Below the pieces are notes generated by a model, which did not search any database, had not been told where the DNA came from, and worked only from the letters and a program-made list of their open reading frames with translations. DNA of 56,528 nt, filler included, from Asterionella formosa (taxonomy: Eukaryota): assembly GCA_002256025.1 (NCBI GenBank). It is 5 parts of 5 records of this genome, joined end to end, with 100 filler letters (N's around TTAATTAATTAA, not from the genome) between each part and the next. Parts side by side here need not be neighbours in the genome. Positions count along the whole stretch, not along the records: positions 22,680 to 33,899 come from NKIB01008709.1; positions 34,000 to 45,217 come from NKIB01008713.1; 3 more parts are not named here. The stretch is one strand, 5' to 3'. Numbering within the stretch: the stretch's first letter is position 1; every line of letters starts with the position of its first letter. Below are positions 25,901 to 38,985 of this stretch, one piece after another. The translations under genes were made by a program, and so were the position numbers.

Positions 25901-28900
25901 TCGACACCACAACCATTACTAATTGATCCACTGTTCAGACCAGAACTGATACCGGGGCCACAGCCTTCAATAGGCAGCAAGTTACCATGCTCGTCCACTT
26001 CTCCTATATCGTCTTGAAGAGGCTGCCGGCAAAGGATGACTCGTGAAGTCTTGTTTCGGAGCACATACAAAGGGTTTGATTTCTCGTCGGTGGACCAAAT
26101 TACTACGGTTACAGCCGATGATTGTTCTTTTGTGGCAAGTCGAACCTCTGCCTGTATTACCACAGGCTGCGATGAGCAAATATTCTCAACTGGAAATCGC
26201 AAAGATGTGATACCAATTTTGTCAAGTTGAATACAACCTCTCGTCCATTTCATATCTGCATTGTTCGAGGGTGATGCGAGTGGGCCAAGTCGGACCTTAG
26301 GAGCAAGGGATTGTTTCTCCCAGTGGTAGGGGACGGCGGAATGTGGAGGAATGACCGTTCTAGCGTCCAATATGCCGTCTTGAGCGACAACGAGTTCGGT
26401 GTCCAACAGGTTCACAATTTGGTATCGCGGATAGAGAGTGATTACCTTTGTACGGGCGAACAAACCGGGACAAACTGTAACACTGATCGCAAGATCGAAA
26501 CGGCGACTGCCACCGTAGGACTCGTCAACAGAAAAGGCAGTCTTGGGGATAAGATTTGAAATATCAAGAGGGGAGACCCACTTGGACGATATCTTTCGAT
26601 CGGTGTCAACCACTCCAGCTACACTTTCAATGGAAAGCGCAAACTTCTCGTTTTCAGAAAAATACATGGACATTCCATTCATTCCAATTGACCACTGACA
26701 TCCCGGAATCGCCATATCTTTTTGTATGCTTGCATCTCGCGCCTCTGTGTGGAGGAGATGAGATCGTCGGGACGTTCCAATGTCTGGCGTAGTACTTAGC
26801 AAATCGTCAAATTTTTCGCAAAATCTACATCCAAAACCAGTCTTATCCAAAATCCAGTACTGACTATAAATACGAATAGTTGGGCAATGGCCGACTTCAA
26901 CACTGACAATTAAGGTAAGGGGGTCACCTCCTTTTCCAAGGCGCTCAAACAGCACCAAACTTTTGTATTCCTCTGCATAATCGACATCACCTTGATCGAA
27001 CTGAAGTTGCCACTCTTCCTCCGAATCAGGTGACTGCCATGTCTTCGATGTGGCCTTCCTGTTCACAAGTCGGTGCCACGGAGACCAGTGGTAACCTGGA
27101 ACACGAAGAGACATGTGTGGTTTTAGTGCTGGGTTAACAGCGATACATTTGCCTTCTTTGCCGACAGGGACAGTGATAGAATCAAGCTTTGATATTTTCT
27201 TCCCCTTCTTTCCAATAATCAATCTATTTCGTAGGTCGCCTTTGGAGGCTAGCGATCGTGGCACTTCTCCAAATTCACACTGCAATTGGCAAGGAAGCAA
27301 GTTTACAACTCTCAAGACAGGTTCAATAAAGATATCAACGATCCCGTTGTTGCTTGATATATTTATAAGGAAATGCACCTGAGTGTCGTCAACCCAGAAA
27401 TCTCCTGTTTCCTTGACCAATTCAATATGTGTTCTAACAAGCACAGACGACGTGTAACTTGTTGGTATGATCATAATTTCCTGACTAACATTACATCCAT
27501 TGAAACGCTTCTGATCTTCGGTTTGAACTGAGTCCTTGTCAAATAAACCCAAACGTAAGTACGTTGAGGATGCATATTGAACCGGAACATAGAGCTTTTC
27601 ACCGCCAGCAATGCTACCAATGTTTGTGTCTCCCCACGAAGGACTTGATACAAAGCAATGAAGGAGTGTATCAGTATTATTGTGAAGTGTCAGGAGACTT
27701 CTGACGCAAACGACAAAGTTGCCATTTGCATCACGCGACGTTTCCCAGGCGATTGCGAGTGATCGATAGGGGTCCTCCAATCTCGGTGGGCGAACCATCC
27801 TCGTCCTCGTCCATCTCCTTCTTCGGCAAGCATCACCACGCTTGTAAATTCTGCGGTTGCGATTAAAGGTTTCGAAGTCAGCTTCGTACTCCCATCCATC
27901 GGCATCGGTCGATTCACTATAAGATCCACTCAAATCGACTGACCAATCGTTGAGCCAAATCCAGTTGCTATCTGGCAACATGACTCTTTCTCTCGCCATT
28001 CTGATAATACATGTCATGTCGGTCCATTCTGGGCTGTCGTCTTTTAGGTATGGACGGACCCAATTACAATTGCTTCGACTACCAGCTTTCGTGATGGTCA
28101 CTGCATTTGCTTTCCACCTTCCTGGGCTTAAAGGTTGCTTTTCCCCGTCCCATTCCATTTTGTCGGAGCTTTCCGAAGTCTTCAGGTTTTCAATGTCCGG
28201 TAAAGTCGACGGATAAAGCTCGTCGCAGTTCTCGTCCTCTGGCGACCAAACAGCAGAGGAGAGAAGATCGCAACCCTTCTCTATACTGTAAATGTCCGAT
28301 ATATTTGATCGGAGACGTTGATTTTGCATGCACCATTCCACGACTGGTTCCACATTGTAATAAGCATAGTCAGATTGACCGAGACCAGAAGATTCACTAA
28401 TGACTGTCTCGGGGCTACACCTGTTAGGGCTCTTGAACTCAATGTTTTCGTGGTTGCTGCGAGATGCTGGTTGAAGGCGATGAACATGTGTGGAGTGGCC
28501 AGATGGCGACGATATAGGAAGATCAACTAATACGTCACGGTCGCCGACTTCAGCGGCGGACTTTGGTGATAGCCTGAGCGCCAAGGTGGGGCTTGTTTTG
28601 GAAAGAAGGTCGTTACTTCCATCTAATTCACCTCCTGGAAAGCACACATCTACAAGCATACCTTGTTTTGATTCAACGAAGATGTGATTTGCTTCTGTCA
28701 GACCTGGGTCTAGGAATGTGGACATCAACGAGGTGGGACTAACAATGAAATCAAGCCCACTTTCGTTGACCAATGTCACAGAGTTTTTCTCAATGGCGCG
28801 GCGGAGGCCAACGGTTGCTAAAGCAGAAGCTTCCATCTCAACATCTTCGTTTTCTTCTTGTTGCTGATCCATATTACGAGAAGCATTTCTTCTCTTGAAG

Positions 28901-31900
28901 ATTGATATGTCAATATCTGCGAGATCGGCAAGAAGATCCCCACTGAGGTTCATTTGGATTTTCTCGAGAGTGCCAAGGTGCAATATCTGTCCAGATTCGG
29001 GACCGTGAGAGGAGATAGATTGGTCAACAGTGTAAATGCCACTTATATCGTTGGCTCGCCAGCTTCAAACTTACCAATTCATCAGGCATTTGATCCAAAG
29101 TCAATGAAAGATTGAATGGCTCGATGACGTGCTCCCATTCCGAGAGTTGAAAGTTAAAATGTTTTAATGAAACGACAGCCGAATATTCGCCAGATAGAGC
29201 CGACATGCAGCCTTCAAACTTCCCCTTCAAATCCTTGATATTGAAGTCAAAGAGAGGCCGTGTTCCTTGCTTCGAGCGATATGCTTGAAGAAGAATGAAC
29301 GAGCTGTATTGCATCTCTACTCGAATGCTGGTTGCGATTGCAGTACCCTTCTTTTTGAACCAGATTCGACTGCGCTGCGACTGACTGATCGGTTCCAAGT
29401 AACCGGAGTCTTCCTTTTTGACACGAGAACTTCTTTGGGGCATACCAGAAAGTCGCTCCGCCATTTTCTGAACAACACACGTCAGGATAAAGACATCTGT
29501 AGGCGTTAGACTCGCTTTAACAGCCTCGCAATCAAGCGAAATATCCTGAGACACGACACAACCAAGATTTTCGGTCGCGTAAACGATGCGAAACTCAGCT
29601 GCCGCAGGTCCAATCATTGGTGGGACTTCCGAAACCAGGAGCCGATTGAACTGAGTGTTCATTGATGCAGCAAGGTGGTCAAAACTTGCGTGGAGTGTTT
29701 TGCTCCCGCTTCCATCAGCATTTTCAACACTTTGGAACATGACCAACGCGTTCGAAACCACTTGTACCACAGCATGGGACTTTGTGTGGCTAGTTCTCGG
29801 TGATTCATCAGGTTTGACCGAAGTAATCGGGCGCCCCGCAAGAAGGGTGGTTTCTCGCAAAGTTACTTTGAAAAGAAGACTCGAGTCAACCTTTGGCATC
29901 TTGACGCCGAATTCGGATTCCTTGCTGACCCCTTGAATTGGACTCATATGCCTTTGATTTTCATTGGGGCTGACCCCTTGAATTGGACTCATATGCCTTT
30001 GATTTCCATTGGGAATGGTGTCGCCCTCTCTCTCTCTTAGCCGTGCTTTTCGTCCTTCTTCATGCACTTTGCGCTCCATTTCTTTAGTTGCTAATTGAAC
30101 CAGCTCGAGAACGCGCCTAGTCGCTTTGACGCAATCTTTGAGAGTTGTGGGGTTAACTCGTATAACAACTGAGTCAATGTCTATTTCTACCTCATCGAGA
30201 TGCTGTTCTTTGTCGCGAAAAAGGTTGACGCAGAGAATGCTGGTATCAACCGAAGTATTGAAGGTAGTTCTTTTAAAGGAGTCAACAATTTTTTCCGGAG
30301 ATGGCAAAGGAGGGAGATGATAGTATTTTCCTTGCCTGAGCGGTGTGTTTGCATTTGATGACTTCTGAAGAACACACATTTCCTTAAGATTCGAAAGCGG
30401 CACATCCTTATCGGCTCGGATCAGGATTGTATTTTGTGGCTCTGTCGGCTTTCGATGACCTTTTGAAGGACTAAAAGTAGAGTCGCTCTGAAATTCAATG
30501 ATAGAAGCATCATGAATCATCAATACAGTCTTTGTTGTATCCGCCGCCCCCGATCTTCGTAACTTAATATCAAACAACTCAAGGAGATAAGTCCTTGTCG
30601 TGGGCCCGGTAGTTCCCAAACCATGAACTGCAATATCAAATGGCATGCTTTCCTCTTTCATGGACGTGGTGAATGGCTTGGAATGTCCTTCAAGGGCTAA
30701 TTCGATTCTCTCAAACTGGATGGAGTACTGGCTTATTGTATTACCGGGAATGGACGGCATTTCCTTTGGTAGCAAGCCTTCCGTGGGACCGTCGTTTTCA
30801 GCGCTGACGGCAAAGTCAGGCCTGATATGCTCTTTTTTCTGCACCGACCTCGAAGAAACACTTGTCTTCACTTTAACAAGACCGGATGCGTACCACTTGC
30901 CAATAGCTCGAGCGAGGACTTCAGCATCTACCAAATTAAGGCAAATGGGACTGACAGTGATTTCGATTCGCCTACTTACACAATCTGTCGGTTTCCCCAT
31001 ATTTTCCTCCCTTGGATCGATTCCTCCACCAGTGTTACTCCTCATGCCTTGTTTCTCGCACATTTCGGCGTCGACATAGACATGAAATGGTTTGATGATA
31101 GCGATCTCCGCGGCATCGGTAATTTGCGAAACTTGCTGATCGTAAATCGAGCTTGACCGTACAAATGTGACCTGCATGTCTCTCGCACTTACGTTCCATT
31201 TTGTATCGACCTTGCTTTCTTCCTTCATGCATTGCAGTCTAAATTTGCCTGCGTCCAAGCAAACAGCCCCGTCTGAACGCGTAGACGACATCGGAAACCA
31301 CAGTTTGGGTGCGGCAATATTGATATTCAGGGTGATAGCTGTTGGAGACAAGAACGCAAACAAGGCTTTCCGAGCCAAAGGGGTTGCGACGTTTCGGAGA
31401 TGCCGCGTCACTTCTGTTCTCAACTCGATTGACGGGCTTGAAAAGAAGTCAACAATTGACTTTATGCAGTGTTGGTCCCAGACTAGTGTAGCTGGGTGTG
31501 TTGAAACATATAAAGTCAAAGACATGAGGTCCTTGGCCGCCGAAACTCTGCAAACCACATTCGGCGGAGGAAGCAGGAATGGGACATCATCATCAATTTC
31601 ATGATTATTTCCTATTGAGGTAACATCATATTTAAATGATTGATTTCTGCTGACGCCTTCAAACATTAAAATTTTGATTCCTGGGGAGGAAGAATTCAAC
31701 GGCATGAAGGCAGGGTCCTGGTGTTGACAATCGAAGAGTTCAAACTGATATATGTCGAAAGAGAATTCCCTCCTGTCTGGGCCAAATGTACTCACAAGTC
31801 CACTTGTACTGACCTCAAGACGAACAATGGCATGATCGTCCTGAACAAGATTTACCATGATTCTGAATTCATTCAGTTGAAACGTACAGTGCCACTGCTT

Positions 31901-33873
31901 CTTTCCAAATCTATCTTGAAGGGCTTGAAGTAGGGATGCCCTTGTTACTGACGCAATAATTGTATTGTCTTCCGGTGCCATTGACGCGAGTAATTCTCTC
32001 GCTCGTTTTTTCTTATCAATTGATTTGCTCCGATTTCTGCCCGCGACAAGCACCCGCCTAAAAGGGTTGAGACGAGATTTTGGTTCCTTTGACGAGCTAC
32101 GTGGCTGCAGAGAAAATGCTCGTTGGGGTTTCTCTCTTCCCTTTTCTGTTGATAACCCGATGGCACTTTGCAGTTTGAACGCTTCCCTCAGAGCCAATAA
32201 ATGAAATGCTGTAAGTGCTTCGATCGGAAGCAGGTCCTCAAGAGCCAAAAGTTCGAGGCTGTCACTTTCATTCAAGCCTCCGTGGAACCCATTACCTTCG
32301 TGGGCATTCATTATCTTCTCCTTTACTAGTTCGATGTATCGTGCTCTGCTACGAATGATTTGAACAACATCTTCCCATGGTCTTGATGTTGGTCTTGTCG
32401 TTACACAACCTATGGTGTATTTCCACCATGCTAGTGGGTTTTTATTGACCTCTGCTGTTGGACGTTGACGCAGCATGGTGTCAAACCGTTGTTGTGAAAG
32501 CATTGCGCTTCGGAGTTTCTGGTATTGCAATAACTGACGAGGACGGAAACTCAAGGATAATTCAACCGGCCTAAAGTCAGCGGATAGGAGCATGGGTCCC
32601 GGCATGTTTCTACCAGTCAGCGTTCCATGGATTCTGCCAGTGAACGACTTACAGCAATAATCATGAAGTTTCGAAGGCCCATCGATATTTGAATTATTTG
32701 AACTTCGTCTCAATAAAGAGTCTGTCTCTGGCTTGCCAAGAGACTTCCTAATGATGATTCCAGGGTCTTGGTATTTTATCATAACTTCCATGGCCTCAGC
32801 TGTTCGGCCCTGTAACTTAATTGGTGAAATATTGTGATGGTTGTGTTGTAGGAGATATGTCTCTGAAATCAGAAACGCTGGATCATCATCCCAATATACT
32901 GACATATTGTTGACCTCCAAAATTTTATTCTCTACTTCTCCAGACCCCGAAGAATCAGCAGATACATTTGAAATTGATTCACGTGACTCAGAGTTGTCAC
33001 CACCCACATTCTTGCTGCTGCCAGCTTCCCATTTGTCGTTGGCAGTTCGGACGAAAATACTTTCAACTGTCAATCCAAACGCAAACGCTTGCTCGTACGC
33101 CGGCAATTTCTCGGTCCTTTTCCGCTTTGAGTTGTTCATACAATGCGAAAAGTCGAGACCTTGCTCCGGTACTTCACAACGAATATGTATGTCATGCATG
33201 CTCACTTCAAGGTTGCGCATGACTTTTTCTCTCACTCTTACCTTCCAAGTCCGTTGCGGCGCCAACAAATCTTCGGGTACAGCATCAGTTTTCGAACTCT
33301 TCTCTTCCGAATTATCAAAGAAGCTGTCACCCAGTTCAGAAATGGCATCATCCACAAAGCCTTCCGAGTTCAAGGAATCCGTGGCGTCAACGGTTTTTCG
33401 CCACTTCCCCTTTTTCAGTTGTTTTTCGGCTTCTCGTAATGCAACCCTTATTCGTCGATTCGGTGGTCCTTCTCCCGGTATTCTTCCCGCGAAAAAGTTT
33501 CGCTCGTACCTAGCCAAGGCGGATCGCTTTGCTCTGGTTCTCAATGTACAGCAGGGGTCAAGTGCGGTTCCAGCTCCGTATTTCTTGTGCGCAGTAGCAG
33601 GCAACAAGGGTACACACACTAAATGGAGTCCTTGCAACTCAAAACGAGTGGGCTCCTTCTCCAAGCTCTTCAGTGGAACAGCAATAGTCATATTTTTAGC
33701 CCAACACGATAAAACACCAAATCCTGACAACCCTGCAGCACCGAGGACGTGGCTTCCAATTAAATCTCCGTCCAACTGCACATTTTCAAGTTTGATCTTT
33801 CCTCGATGTACAGCAATTTTAATGTTTTCCTTGGATATGTTGAGAACGTATTCTCCGATGACATCCTCTGTGA
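22906..33873 (-). CDS. VPS13: VPS13-family bridge-like lipid transfer protein (~3,580 aa; first exon missing off the contig end)
   Basis: Exons 33873-29075, 28986-25249, 25169-25027 and 24958-22906, joined in frame by GT-AG introns (29074-28987, 25248-25170, 25026-24959); acceptor TTGCAG ending at 33874. Chorein N-terminus (EDVIGEYVLNISKENIKIAVHRGKIKLENVQL), WWKY motif, NIAAPK, WEHVIEPF, VAB-type repeats (LYPRYQIVN, PYHWE), ATG2_C-like region (GTGVRDFFYEP, GIGKALVGAIVKPVVG) and a PH-like domain. Confidence 0.95.
29924..30013 (-). repeat. In-frame 45-bp tandem duplication inside VPS13
   Basis: Encodes PNGNQRHMSPIQGVS / PNENQRHMSPIQGVS; near-identical DNA copies start at 29924 and 29969. Confidence 0.9.
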
Positions 33874-33899
33874 CTGCAAATGAAATCGTGGAGGGTGAG

Positions 33900-33999
33900 N
33901 NNNNNNNNNNNNNNNNNNNNNNNNNNNNNNNNNNNNNNNNNNNTTAATTAATTAANNNNNNNNNNNNNNNNNNNNNNNNNNNNNNNNNNNNNNNNNNNN
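33900..33999. other. Artificial contig spacer
   Basis: N44-TTAATTAATTAA-N44. Confidence 0.97.
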
Positions 34000-34367
34000 G
34001 GAAAAAAGGTAGTTTGAATCGTGCTGATTATTTCACTAAACATCATCCCGCTTCCCATCATATGTTGATGCGCCCGCACTATCTCCATTGCCCTCCATCC
34101 CTCCCTAGTCCTCCTAACTATTATGCGTGCTTGGCTTCCGATGCTGATATCATCTCCACCCCCGCTCCTGTTCTTCTGCCTGAATCTGCTGGTGAGGGTG
34201 TGTTAATATCTGCATATGATGCTCCATACATGCGCCGTACAAACCATACCGGCGCAGCCACCAGATTAGGTACATGCGTGAGTGCTAACAACGATGTACT
34301 TGGAACAGCAATAGAATAGTCATAATATTGTAGTTCACCTTTATTCACGATAAGGTTCCCCTCAACA
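34000..34367 (+). mobile_element. 3' end of a copia element (RNase H tail, PPT, putative LTR 34201-34367)
   Basis: NRADYFTKHHPASHH motif; GGTGAGGGTG followed by TGTTAA...TCAACA. Confidence 0.7.
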
Positions 34368-34624
34368 GAATGGATTGACCATTGGAGATCATTTCCATTT
34401 TTCACAGTTTATATCATAATTTTAGTTTACGTTTTACATTTTAACCTTTTTTATCCGGTACTGCCACTGAGAATATCGTCACTGTTTAAGACGGTTTCTG
34501 GTTAAGAAGGTTAGCCAGCCCCCATTTTCCCTCCACTACATAATATGTCATAATAGGAGAAAGTTATAGTGATCACGTTTTTACTATTTACATAGCAAAA
34601 TACTATGGCCCATATTTCGATTCA

Positions 34625-36320
34625 TGACGTAAGTTTGCAATATATTAGCTTTTTGGATGAAAATGTAACTTCGTCAAGGCATAGAATTTCTGGCACCGGA
34701 AGCGATTTCAGGGATGAAGTCTCTGGCTCATTATCGAAGAAAGTATACAATTGAGGAAATGGTAAGTTGTCCAAAATCATGATGTCATAACTTCGGCAAG
34801 ACCATCATCATCGTTGTAACTGTTGATTGTTATTTGCACTAATGTCCTGTCGTTGCTCTTGTAAGCACAGCGGATGATGCAATGTGGCTGGAGGAGGAAC
34901 GGCAGGGGAGACGCCGACTTGATGGGGAGGGGGGCATCGAACTGAATGCAGGAAGAAATAATCAGCAATCAGCCGCATGTGACAGGGTCGATTTCAAGGA
35001 ATAATGAGGCAGCAAGCAATCTCCGGTGTTAGGGATCCAAAAAGTTGAGATCCCAAAGGGGACAAAGCTGTGATGTCTGTCCTACCGTCGTTGCAATCAG
35101 TGTTATCCCGATCACAAAAATTATATTCAGAAGCAGTTCCATTATCATGCAACCATGATTCGCCTGAAAGGAGATCACCAGTCGCATAATTAAACACCGC
35201 CAGCACATAGAATTGCAAAACAACATAGTCTGTGGCACTATTATAAAGTGTCGACTTGCTTCTCCAACCTTGTAAGTGCCTTTTTTGTGAGGAGGCAGTA
35301 GTTGAAAGTGCTGTTCCGTTATCAAACGAATGTTCAGCCAAGAATCCAAACAAACTTTGAGATGGGCTTACTGATGGAGTTTCTGATGGAGCCAATGTTT
35401 TGAGTGATGGTTTTTTTAGCTGAATTGGGATGGAAACGAAGATGTCAATTACCAAAAATATTAACAAAGCAGTCTTCACTTGACGTTGACATTGGGCTGT
35501 TTCTTCTGCTTCAACGTCAACAAGAGAGGCACTGCTGGCAAGTTCGGAATCAACCACAAGTTCAGCATTGAATAGTGTTGCAGGTTCCAGCTGGCCTTGT
35601 TCACTTCTGAATCTCATGGGTGGCAAAATCATTGTCACCATTCAAAAAGGAATCATGCTGTGGAGTGATTCTTGATCCCCGTACTGGAAATGCGCCAGGA
35701 TGTGCCTGTTGTGGTGGTGATGCCACATGGAGCTGTTGATGAGAGTGCTGTGACAAAGATATCAGAAGAGAGGTTGTCATCTTGAGGCACCTCCTCTTTC
35801 ACTTTCGTTTGCTTCCTCTGCAAACAGGATTTCATTGCTGTTTTCAACAGAACTTCTTGGCAACTTTAGGGCCTGCTGCCAGGTCATGGAGTATAGTAGC
35901 ATTGTCCTACTCATCCTCCTTTGCGTCATAAGCAAAAGGATGAGCATGATCTATGCCCGCAGTAGCAGGAGTAGCAGCAATTGCATTTTACCCACACTCT
36001 TTTGCTTGCCATGGAAAGTAATGTTGTTGGAATCAGACATGATGAAATCTGGATCATCCCTTTCTGAGGATCTGGGTGCCAACTTCTTTTCCACCATTTG
36101 CCTTGGTACACGACTTCTCTCAGCAATAAGGCGCTTCTCTGCGAGGAACGACGATTCTTCTCCATCACAATGAGTTCCTTCTTGGAGAATCGACAAAGCT
36201 GGGGGCTTCTTCTCATCGGAACCTCCATTGTCAAGGGTGTCACTGGGTTCCTTCTTCTTGCCTCCACCATCATCATTCTTCTTGTTCTTATTGTTGCTTG
36301 ACAAAATGGTCTGCCATGTT
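34625..36320 (-). pseudogene. Single-pass membrane LRR receptor-like gene, paralogue 1 (frameshifted; LRR array missing)
   Basis: QLEPATLFNAELV motif, TM helix ALLIFLVIDIFVSIPI, Ser/Pro stalk, and LQFYVLAVFNYAT...WL...C cap ending in GSLTPEIA. Strong DNA similarity to 36980-37130. Confidence 0.75.
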
Positions 36321-36419
36321 ATGGACGGTCTCGAAGACGAAGAGAGGACAGAATTAATGTGGTCGATGTGATAAATTATTAAGTAAATTTTATTGTATGC
36401 TATTGTTAAAGAACTCGAC

Positions 36420-36596
36420 AATTGTGGAGGTTGTGAAGTCGCACTTTGGCCCCCCAGAGGGCCTTAGACCTGCTGGTTGTCTGCCTCACCACCCGGAAGA
36501 ACCCAAAGGACTACATAAACAACGCAGGTTGAGAATGCGGGAATCTAACCTGCCACCTCGGAAGGTGAGCTAACCAACTACCGGTAAGCTATTCCC
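36420..36596 (-). mobile_element. tRNA-derived SINE-like element, copy C
   Basis: Minus strand GGGAATAGCT[TACCGG]TAGTTGGTTAGCTC...GGTTAGATTCCCGCATTCTCAACC (A box interrupted by an insertion; B box), followed by a GC-rich body. The 3' limit is approximate. Confidence 0.55.
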
Positions 36597-36854
36597 ATGG
36601 TCGATGAGATAAATATAATGACACAGAAATTTAAGAATCGTACTGATGGTTCTATCATTATTTCTGGTACGCGAGTGAAAATAACTTTCCTCAATATAGA
36701 TTCACAAAATAATCACTCTCAGTGTGATCATCAACCCAGTGTATGCAGGAGTGATCAACGTGTCTACAATTGCCAGAAATTAAAAGCACTCCTAAGAGCA
36801 TGCATAGAAGCAAAGAAGATCTAAAACACCAAAAAATTCTTTAATAGTTCTTGC

Positions 36855-38985
36855 TCAAGAAGTTGTGATACCGCCAACACAACAGGCACTTCCTGGTGCG
36901 TTTCCAGTACAGGGATCAGGGACATCTTCACAGAACTTTTCCTTTGTGGATGGAAATGTTGAATTTGACACAACCGAGACTAGAAGTGAAAATGGCCAGC
37001 TGGAACCTGCAACACTATTCAATGCTGAGCTTGTGATTGATCCAGAACTTGCCAGTGCCTCAGTTGTTGACATTAAAGCAGAAGAAAGAGCTCAATGTAA
37101 ACGTCAAGTGCGGACTGCCTTGGTGCTTTTCTTGGTAATTGGCTTGTTAGTTACCATCATTGCAACTCCCATTCAGCTCGCAAAACCTAAACAAATCAAT
37201 AACCCCACAACAGCACCTACAGGTTCTCAAATTCCATCAATAACTCCATCACAACTTCCATCGGAAAGTCCTTCTTCAAATTTGTTTGGTTACTTGGCTG
37301 TCAAAACATTTGATAATGGTGCAGCCCTTGAAACTTCTGGCACATCTCAGAATAGGGCCATGTTATGGTTAGAAACAGTTCTCATACCAAACGAAAACAT
37401 TGACATGAACTTCGAGATGCTTCAATTCTATGTTTTGTCGGTAATCTATTATGAAGCAGTTGGAAAAAATGGCTAAGTACTTTCTCTCAATCCAATATTT
37501 ATGAGAGATGGTTGGAACAAAATGAATATTATAAATACAACTTTTGTGATTGGAAGGGGGTTGGCTGTGATGGAACAGTAATAGCATCATTGCAACTGAG
37601 CTGTGAAGGTCTTGTTGGATCCATTCCTCCAGAAATAGCAGTTCTTAGTGAAAGATTGAGTAAGCACATTGCAAAAAACATGTTTTGCTTAAAAAACCTG
37701 CAATCTATCAAATTGATTTTGCTTCGGTCATCATCTAAAACAGATTACCTTGACTTGAGCAATAATACAATTTTTGACATACCTTTGAGCTTCAGTCAGC
37801 TTTCAAACATAGGTGAGTGAAAAGAATAATAAAGTTTCGATGATTTATTATTTCTGATACAACTTCTCTTTTTTCAATTTCTTTTGAAAGAGTACTTAAA
37901 GTGCTCAGCTAATTTTATTGAAGTATTACCATCCATTTTTGGAAAAATGACCAATCTTTGTAAGTACAAATTACGATAAGCCAAGTATGATGAATTAAAA
38001 TGAGATTTTAACTTTATAACTTTTTCTTTGTCCCAGATGCATTGGACTTTGGTGACAATGTTTTAATGTCTAGAAATATCAGTTCAAATTGGCCTCAATT
38101 GACAAAACTACATAAGTAAATAATAATTTATTGTGGCAAAAGAATCCAGCAAATTATTGACATATCATATTTTTTGCATACGTTATGATTACAGGACATT
38201 TGAACTTTGGACATGGAGATCATCAAATTCGAAATGGAAACAATCTGACCGGACAAATTCCAACTGAGCTGGGACTCATGTCAAGTTTAACATTCTTATC
38301 ATTGGGTCCTGATCGATTAACTGGTAAACTCCCCACCGAGTTTGGTCTCTTGAAAAGTCTCTCTATTCTGTCTTTGTGAAACAATAAATTCACTGGAACA
38401 CTTCCAACAGAGATTTGGAATTTGATGAGTCTCAATTATTTATCTTTGTCCATCAATACTTTCAATGGCATCCTTCCCACAGAGATTGAACTCTTGACAA
38501 GTCTCACTGATCTAGTTTCGTATGACAATACTTTCAATGGCACATTTCCTACAGAGATTGGACTCTTGACAAGTCTCACTTATCTAGATTTGTCAATCAA
38601 TACTTTCACTGGCACACTTCCCACAGAGATTGGACTCTTGACAAGTCTCAATAGTCTAAGTTTGTATGACAATACTTTCACTGGCTCACTTCCCACAGAG
38701 ATTTGAAACTTGACAAGACTCAATTATCTAGGTTTGTCTTACAATACTTTCAATGGGCACACTTCTCAGAGATTTGACTCCTTGACAAGTCTCATTTATC
38801 TAGATTTGTCCAGCAATACATTCACTGGAACACTTCTCACACAGACTGGACTCTTGACAAGTCTCACTGATCTAAATTTGTCCTTCAATACTTTTACTGG
38901 CACACTTCCCACAGAGATTGGACTCTTTAAAAGTCTCAATGGCCTATATTTGTCTGACAATACTTTCAATGGCACACTTCACCGG
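36855..38985 (+). pseudogene. Single-pass membrane LRR receptor-like gene, paralogue 2 (multi-exon, disrupted)
   Basis: LPGAFPV motif, TM helix, stalk, SQNRAMLWL/LQFYVLSVIYY cap and CDWKGVGC. Short one-LRR exons between GT-AG introns (~37660-38195), then plant-type LRRs (LxxLxLxxNxFxGxLPTEIG). Stops at 37474, 38377 and 38704, frameshifts, and one GT>AT donor change near 38112. Truncated by a gag sequence. Confidence 0.85.
38240..38985 (+). repeat. Tandem 72-bp LRR-coding repeats (about 10 units)
   Basis: Recurring AATACTTTCA(A/C)TGGCACACTTCCCACAGAGATTGGACTCTTGACAAGTCTCA with a 72-bp period. Confidence 0.9.

Noticed and set aside
32841..33947. 368-aa plus-strand ORF
   Set aside because: It is the antisense shadow of the VPS13 exon, runs into the gap and has no recognisable motifs.
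38240..38985. Regular repeats considered as a CRISPR-like array
   Set aside because: The 72-bp period encodes LRRs; there are no unique spacers or cas genes, and the context is eukaryotic.
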